This document shows positions 58,366-64,000 of a stretch of DNA of 64,000 bases, in pieces; the stretch's first letter is position 1, and every line of letters starts with the position of its first letter. The notes below the pieces were generated by a model. It saw only the letters and a program-made list of their open reading frames with translations, made no database searches and was not told the DNA's origin. The DNA comes from a virus. Position numbers and translations under genes: made by a program. The DNA lies in IMG/VR virus record IMGVR_UViG_3300037502_003155, positions 1-64,000 of that record; one strand, given 5' to 3'.

Positions 58366-59564
58366 AACAGTTTGCTCAAGAACCCTTGCAAGTTCGGCTC
58401 ATACTTTTTGATGGCCTCGTTCAGATAGGTCTGCCGATCTCGGCTACCGTAGGGGGTTTCCGCATTGAACGGTGTGTCAAAACCCTTTTCAAAGATGGTT
58501 TTGGGGTCGGGTGGGTCGGTTAGGATTTCGATGCCCTTGCGTTTGGCCCCGTCTTCAGACATAGAGAAGATGGCACAGCGACACCCCCAGCCAGCCGGAA
58601 CTCTGCCCGCCCTCCAGAATGGGTCATCGGCATAGATCGCTTTGTTGTGCAGCGCTTTGTGGTGGTCACGGGGCTGGGGCGAATCACGCCACCGCCAGAC
58701 CCACAGCGGGCGACGCACCAACACCGATGGTTCCCGCATCTGCTGATACCGTCCGGCCCCCATGGCCCCCCTGAAGTTGGTATCAAAGATTGTCCAGATG
58801 TGGCGGGGGTTGGCAGGTTTCCAGCCCTTGCGGCCAATCAACCTAGACCACGACTTTTCAAAGTCAGCAAAGCTCATCCCCTCGGTAACGGCCTGTTCCA
58901 CCAACCACTTCGCAGCCTTAATCAGGTCAGCCTGGGCCATCCTTGCCACCACAAAGGCCCAATCGTGAAAGTCTGCGGTAAGTTGCTGGTAGGTCTCCGC
59001 TGGTAGCGCTACCTTAGCCCTGAAATAATCCACGGCCTCCTTGAACGGCAACTTAAGCCATGCGGGCTTAGCCCTGCCATCAAAGCGCACCCCGTCGCCA
59101 TCGTCGCCCTCATCTAGCACCTGTTCCCGCCCTGCCAAGTTAGCCAGCACCATGCCCTGGTAAACCTCCCGCTCTAGGCCACGGTAGGGCAGTCGAGTAA
59201 ACAATTCCCCCGGTTGCATGGAGATGCGTTGTAGGGCCGCTTTCATGTCCCCTTGCGCCAGAATCCAGGCTAGAGTACGTTTCTGCCATTGCTCCATGAT
59301 GGGCTTCACATGAGCCAAGCTACGTTCCCTCAGCCATCGGCCAAGGGCATCGGGGTCATCCCCGGCATCGTGGCGCAGGTCATCCCCTAGCCAGCCATCG
59401 CGGCGTAGCTTGGCCCCCGTCATCGACTCCACCGCAAACAGGGCCAAGGCTCGGCCCTCGGCTACCAGTGCCGATTCATCGAGGGAGTCTAGGCGGGTGG
59501 GGGTGATTCTGGGGTCAGCAATGCCGATGAGAGCGGCGTAAAATTCAGCTTCGGTTAGGTTCAT
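58362..59564 (-). CDS. minor head morphogenesis protein (Mu gpF/MuF)
   Basis: LPF.EA..YFR.K, TI..TN...A..AGR, R..H..L, DDPFW, P.GWGCRC. Confidence 0.9.
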   Translation of the reverse strand: MNLTEAEFYAALIGIADPRITPTRLDSLDESALVAEGRALALFAVESMTGAKLRRDGWLGDDLRHDAGDDPDALGRWLRERSLAHVKPIMEQWQKRTLAWILAQGDMKAALQRISMQPGELFTRLPYRGLEREVYQGMVLANLAGREQVLDEGDDGDGVRFDGRAKPAWLKLPFKEAVDYFRAKVALPAETYQQLTADFHDWAFVVARMAQADLIKAAKWLVEQAVTEGMSFADFEKSWSRLIGRKGWKPANPRHIWTIFDTNFRGAMGAGRYQQMREPSVLVRRPLWVWRWRDSPQPRDHHKALHNKAIYADDPFWRAGRVPAGWGCRCAIFSMSEDGAKRKGIEILTDPPDPKTIFEKGFDTPFNAETPYGSRDRQTYLNEAIKKYEPNLQGFLSKLF

Positions 59565-59947
59565 GGGCGCGTCACCTTCATACTTAATCCATCCTGATAC
59601 CCCTGCAAAAATGCGCTATCAGGCCGATACCGTTCCTTTTGGCGGTTGGCCCTAGCCAATATCCCTTGCACATCCTTGTAGTTTTTAGGCACCTTCTCAC
59701 CCCATCTGCGAAACTGCATGGCGGCGGGTGTGGGCATTCCCTTGTCATCCACCAACGGATCTTTACGGCTGAGGATCTGCGCGGCCTTTCGACTGTTGAA
59801 CTTAGCCCGATCCCACTTATCGCCATCACTGGCCCCTGTGGCCTTCCGCACGGGCTTACGCACCGCACCGCTGCCCTCGTTATACTGGGCCATCTTGCGA
59901 TTGGTGCGACGGTCGTAGGCGGCGTAATGTTCGGCTAGGGTGGTCAT
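59561..59947 (-). CDS. small basic head-region protein with C-terminal leader half-motif
   Basis: ends RPDSAFLQGYQDG. Confidence 0.7.
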   Translation of the reverse strand: MTTLAEHYAAYDRRTNRKMAQYNEGSGAVRKPVRKATGASDGDKWDRAKFNSRKAAQILSRKDPLVDDKGMPTPAAMQFRRWGEKVPKNYKDVQGILARANRQKERYRPDSAFLQGYQDGLSMKVTRP

Positions 59948-61608
59948 TGTGTTAGCTCCTGATACCGTCTATCCCGCCACGCCACTGCATAGCGGCTAGG
60001 CCAAATCACAAACCTCTGCTGGGCTTCCTGGGTAGCGATGGCGAGGGCATCCAACCGCACCGAGTCACCCCTTGCTCCCTCCAATACCTCAAGGCTCATA
60101 TCCTCTTCTTCGGGGGGCAGTGCCTCATCAACAAACTCCCCATCATCCACGGGGGCATCCTCAAAGCCCTCTTCGGGAATCCCCTCATCCATCGGCATCT
60201 CCCCTTCCATGCCCCCGGCCTGTTGTTGAGCCGCCTGGAATGCCTCATCATCCAGCGTCGTTTCAAAGCTGAACGATGCCCCTCCAAAGCGCGATTTCCG
60301 TACCTCTTCGGGCACCAATACCCCCGCCTGAAGGTAAACGCTATCGGTCTGGGCTTGGCTGCTACGATTGGCAATCTTTTCAGCTTCGGTCTGCTCTAGC
60401 AGTGGGTTGAATGCAATACTCCATCCCTCCAGTGGCTTGCCCCCGGTGGGGCCGTCCTTGGCTAAGAACATCAACTGATAGATTCGGTTCAGCGCTGCCA
60501 AGGGCCACCCCTCTTGGTAGGCTCCCACCTTCTTAGCCCAAGTCTTTTCCTCACTTTCCCCAGTTGCCCCAAGGCCGCTAGGCGACTCGCCAAAGAGGAT
60601 GGTGTGGGGAATCCCCAGGGCACCGATCAGCATATCCCGGTAGCTGCTAATCAGGTCGTTCAGCCCTGAGAACTGGCGAGACACAAAGTTAACCGATTCC
60701 TCATCCTTATCCAGCACCACCCCGCCCATCATCGAGGCCATCATTTGGAGTGAGGTAATGCGCTGACGAATCGCGGCTTCATTGCCTTCGGTCATCATGT
60801 CGCCAAAGCCCGCCACCTGGTAGACGAACAGGCTATAGTCTTTCACCAGATGCTCAACCCCCCTGGTCATCGACTCCCAAGCCGAGAACTGATCCCAGAC
60901 CACCTCTAGCAATGACCGATCCCATCCGTTGTTGTAGCGCATCACTTGCGGGGGCACGGGTATCCCCGGCACACGAATCACGCGACTGCGGTGGATAGGA
61001 TAGCTTTGGCTATACCCTTGCCCAGAGAATCGCCCTTGAAACATACTGACCAAGCCAGGATGCCAATCAGGGGTAATTTGCAGATGGTAATGAGTGGTCT
61101 TCAGTGGGTTAGCAATGGCGGTTTGACCGGGGTAAAGCTGAAAGCTGTCGAGGACTTCAATCTCGCGGATCGTCTTGATGTTGGCTGTATCGATGGGTTC
61201 ATGGGGCGGTCTGCCATCGTCCACGTTCAGCACAATCGCGGCACCTCGATACACATTGGCTAGATACCCTGCCCATCGAATAATTTCTCGGTCACTCGAT
61301 AGAGGTTGGTCTCTCAGGTCAGAATCCTTTGTGCGCGTACCCACCACGTTACGGTACACCTCAAAGGCCGTCTTTACCTTGTCGCTCACCCCTTCCGGCC
61401 ATGAGATTTCCCAGCCCTTAGCCGTGGCGGCATCAGGGTAAGCGGTACACGCCACATTTAGGGGCCACACCTGACACAGTTGGTCTAACTGCCCCTGCCC
61501 TAGGCGATGAACAGCTCCGACCTGGGTATACAGGGTGCTATCTGAGGCTGTCCCTAGCCCCGTCAGGGCATTGATGAGAACCCCGTCATTGCGGATTACG
61601 TCAGACAT
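59944..61608 (-). CDS. portal protein (DUF1073 family)
   Basis: NDG.L.N..TGLG, IH.SRV, GIP.T.LFGESP.GL.ATGE, F.PL. Confidence 0.9.
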   Translation of the reverse strand: MSDVIRNDGVLINALTGLGTASDSTLYTQVGAVHRLGQGQLDQLCQVWPLNVACTAYPDAATAKGWEISWPEGVSDKVKTAFEVYRNVVGTRTKDSDLRDQPLSSDREIIRWAGYLANVYRGAAIVLNVDDGRPPHEPIDTANIKTIREIEVLDSFQLYPGQTAIANPLKTTHYHLQITPDWHPGLVSMFQGRFSGQGYSQSYPIHRSRVIRVPGIPVPPQVMRYNNGWDRSLLEVVWDQFSAWESMTRGVEHLVKDYSLFVYQVAGFGDMMTEGNEAAIRQRITSLQMMASMMGGVVLDKDEESVNFVSRQFSGLNDLISSYRDMLIGALGIPHTILFGESPSGLGATGESEEKTWAKKVGAYQEGWPLAALNRIYQLMFLAKDGPTGGKPLEGWSIAFNPLLEQTEAEKIANRSSQAQTDSVYLQAGVLVPEEVRKSRFGGASFSFETTLDDEAFQAAQQQAGGMEGEMPMDEGIPEEGFEDAPVDDGEFVDEALPPEEEDMSLEVLEGARGDSVRLDALAIATQEAQQRFVIWPSRYAVAWRDRRYQELTQ

Positions 61609-61633
61609 AGCCCCTGCCAAACAGAACCCCTCT

Positions 61634-61683
61634 ACCGTGCAGGATAAAGGGGTCTGCGGGGGCTAGTTTGCGAAATGCGCTAA
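61634..61683 (-). promoter_or_regulatory. late promoter (portal)
   Basis: TTAGCGCATTTCGCAAA-N27-CACGGT. Confidence 0.8.
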
Positions 61684-62069
61684 TCATTGAACTCAGGGCA
61701 AAGGTACTCAGGGGCATAGGTGGCTACCGCTGCCATCACCGTTACGGGTTCATCGTCAAGGTATCCATAGTTGCCAATGGTAATATCAACCTGCTCAGAG
61801 GCGATCTCGTCGCGGGTCATGCCTCCCCGCAATTGTTCGCAGTAGCGTTTCCCCAAGGCTACAACTTGCCAGGTTGTCCCGTCCCATCCTTGGTCTTCAA
61901 TGGCGGATAGGGTTTGTCGTTCATATTGTGCCGTTGCGGTGGCTACGGTCGCTTGCTGTCGCACTACCCCGCACATCTCTGCCAGGTTCACTACCGCCCC
62001 CGTGGGAGTCTCCATGTAGCAATAGTGGTCTCCGGTCGCAATCTGGGCAATCAACAATAGTTCAATCAT
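61680..62069 (-). CDS. small exported protein
   Basis: hydrophobic N-terminus, CYM.T..G..V.L..MC, C-terminal A...LCPE. Confidence 0.6.
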   Translation of the reverse strand: MIELLLIAQIATGDHYCYMETPTGAVVNLAEMCGVVRQQATVATATAQYERQTLSAIEDQGWDGTTWQVVALGKRYCEQLRGGMTRDEIASEQVDITIGNYGYLDDEPVTVMAAVATYAPEYLCPEFND

Positions 62070-62105
62070 GGTGATGGTCTCCTACGTTGCCCCTAGTGTT
62101 CCCCG

Positions 62106-62155
62106 TTAGTGAATCCCGCAAACATCTGACTAGGTCGGCATATTCCCCCTAGCCT
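62106..62155 (+). promoter_or_regulatory. late promoter (tape measure)
   Basis: TTAGTGAATCCCGCAAA-N27-TAGCCT. Confidence 0.75.
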
Positions 62156-62173
62156 AGACCTAGTTTTGACGGT

Positions 62174-64000
62174 ATGGCTATGGCACGGGGCAATGGTGAC
62201 AATTTAGCGGTCAAGATGGTGCTTCAGGCCCAGGACTTGGCCTCCAAGGTATTCGCCAAGGCTCAAGCCCAAATGCAGTCCTTTGGCGACACATCTGAAG
62301 CCGTCTCGCAGCAGATCGCAGAACAATTTGAAGCCCTCACCAAAGAAGCCGAAAAGTTTGCTGAGCAAATCAAGGGGCTAGAGGGTAAGCGGATTCGCCT
62401 AGAACTGAATCAGCAGGACATTCAGGGCAAAATCGCCCAGGTGGATGCTGACCTCAAAAGCCTGAGCGACCAAAAAATTAAGCTTGAGGCCGAGGGTGGC
62501 AGTGCTGAAGAAATTGCCAAGCTTCAGCGCAAGATTGAGGCTCTAAGCCGTACCAAGATCCGCCTAGGGTTGGATGCCGGGGACGTTGAGGCTCAGATTA
62601 AGGGCATTGATGACCAGATTGAGGGGCTGAATGGGAGTATTGCCGGGGTCAAAAAGCGACTCGGCACCGTTGGGGATGACATCAAATCGGCCAATAAGCC
62701 CGCCCGTGGTTTTGGGGAAACGATCAAGGGATTCTCAGGCGCTTTTGACAAGGCGGCTGGCCTTAGCTCCAAAATCTTTTTCATCGGGGAAGCCTTTCAA
62801 CAAATCTCAGGACTCGTTAATGTCGCGAGGGCATCCGTTGCAGGCTTTTACGACTCCTTCATTAATAGCAACGTTCAGCTACAGGAGCAATTGCTAGGCA
62901 CTCAAGCCACCCTCGCCGCCACCCAAGACGTATTTAGGAATGGGGTTCGTATTGAAGACCCCACAGAGGCCATTCAGGCGCTAGAAGCCCCCCTACGCCA
63001 GTCCTTGGCTAACATTCGACGCGATTCATTAGAACTAGTTGGCGTCACTTCGGCTGAACTGGTGCCATTATTCCAGGTTATTGCCCAGGGGACGGGACAG
63101 ATCAACGGCACCCTTCAAGATGCAGAACGGCTAACCATCGACTTTGCCGCCGCATTGGGGACACTCGCTATCCCCGCAGAACAGGCGCGATTTGAGATTA
63201 ATTCAATCTTTCAAGGCCAGATTACTCAAGACTCTGACCTTGCCCAGAGGCTAGGGATTACCAACGAAACAGTAGCCATCTGGAAGGCTCAAGGGAATGC
63301 CGCTGAGGAACTATCAAAACGATTGGCCGCATTCCGACAAGGTAATGCCCTCGCGGCTCAATCCATCGGTGGTGTTACGTCAAACATCCAAGAAATCTTT
63401 CAGGAAGTTACTCGTGTTGCGGGGGAACCCTTACTAACGCCCATCATCCAACAACTAGACCGCTTTTACCAAGCCCTCGCCCTCGCTCGACCCACCATTG
63501 AAGCCACACTAGGTCAGGCTATCAACTTCCTGATTGAGGTTTTTAAACGTGGTGTTGCCGTTGTTGATGCGTTATTGCCATCCTTGGGTCGGCTAGGAAG
63601 TGCCTTGTTTGACGCAGTAGGTAGCAGCGCCCAGGCCGTAGGTGAACTATTTCTCCAGTTGGTGGACGCCGCCGTTACTCTTGCCCCTGCCCTAGGGGTC
63701 ATCATTGACTTGGTTGCAGGGTTGGCTCAACGTTTTGCCGATTTTGCCGAAACGGGGGTAGGAAAAGCAGTCATTAAGATTGTTGCCTTTGGGGCTGTCA
63801 TTGGCACCATTGCGGCGGGCATTGCGGGGCTTGTTGCTCTGTTTGGCGTGGTTGGCCCAGCGATTGCCGGAGTTGCCGGAAGCATGGCTTCTGCCGCCGC
63901 CATTGGTGGGGGGCTTGCCGCTGCCTTTGTGGTACTTCAAAAGCCTCTCACAGCAGTAGGCAAAGCCGTTGGTGGGTTCCTCGTCAATTCGTTTGAGAAG
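62174..64000 (+). CDS. tail tape measure protein (partial, runs off window)
   Basis: MAMARGNGDNLAVKMVLQAQDLAS...; long helical A/G/L-rich reading frame; not in ORF track, presumably because no stop falls in the window. Confidence 0.85.
   Translation, partial: MAMARGNGDNLAVKMVLQAQDLASKVFAKAQAQMQSFGDTSEAVSQQIAEQFEALTKEAEKFAEQIKGLEGKRIRLELNQQDIQGKIAQVDADLKSLSDQKIKLEAEGGSAEEIAKLQRKIEALSRTKIRLGLDAGDVEAQIKGIDDQIEGLNGSIAGVKKRLGTVGDDIKSANKPARGFGETIKGFSGAFDKAAGLSSKIFFIGEAFQQISGLVNVARASVAGFYDSFINSNVQLQEQLLGTQATLAATQDVFRNGVRIEDPTEAIQALEAPLRQSLANIRRDSLELVGVTSAELVPLFQVIAQGTGQINGTLQDAERLTIDFAAALGTLAIPAEQARFEINSIFQGQITQDSDLAQRLGITNETVAIWKAQGNAAEELSKRLAAFRQGNALAAQSIGGVTSNIQEIFQEVTRVAGEPLLTPIIQQLDRFYQALALARPTIEATLGQAINFLIEVFKRGVAVVDALLPSLGRLGSALFDAVGSSAQAVGELFLQLVDAAVTLAPALGVIIDLVAGLAQRFADFAETGVGKAVIKIVAFGAVIGTIAAGIAGLVALFGVVGPAIAGVAGSMASAAAIGGGLAAAFVVLQKPLTAVGKAVGGFLVNSFEK

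Noticed and set aside
59944-61620. anti-CBASS Acb1 call for the DUF1073 protein
   Set aside because: Size, motifs and position before MuF indicate a portal; no paired HxT phosphoesterase motifs evident.

Overview
This window is most of a tailed-phage (Caudoviricetes) genome. The host is probably a filamentous cyanobacterium, inferred from the gene families: cyanobacterial-type NrdJ, Dcd, Csx3, a Bro-type gene and RHH proteins. Region 0.3-31.9 kb holds early and replication genes: dcd, an FHA protein, a Mor/C-type activator, a C5 methyltransferase, a prim-pol/DUF3987 replicase, RusA, a recombinase, SSB, a DnaQ-like exonuclease, a truncated tyrosine integrase and class II RNR. Region 32-62 kb holds head and tail genes on the minus strand: portal, MuF, DUF2213, major capsid, adaptors and tail fibre. 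A tape measure gene starts divergently at about 62.17 kb and runs off the window; no terminase is visible. Main observations: (1) a five-gene operon with an FtsK/TraB-like ATPase and membrane proteins, containing a symmetric, helically phased 5+5 ATCT/AGAT array, resembling Streptomyces kor-tra-spd-clt DNA-spreading modules; (2) a family of late proteins with a shared 'FxQGYxDGM-RxD-CGxGWIxxxKxC' leader fused to unrelated cargo, plus RxD motifs across the head proteins, a candidate capsid-loading and processing system; (3) a phage-borne Csx3/Crn3 ring nuclease in a cassette-like early operon headed by a tRNA-like RNA; (4) three homologous ~600-bp ACTGAC-iteron modules, with the same motif inside the primase gene; (5) ten late promoters with an almost invariant dyad-N27-(-10) architecture; (6) a deletion junction fusing a catalytically dead integrase to a headless Bro gene; (7) a perfect 44-bp palindrome. 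All family calls come from motif recognition by eye, not database searches.
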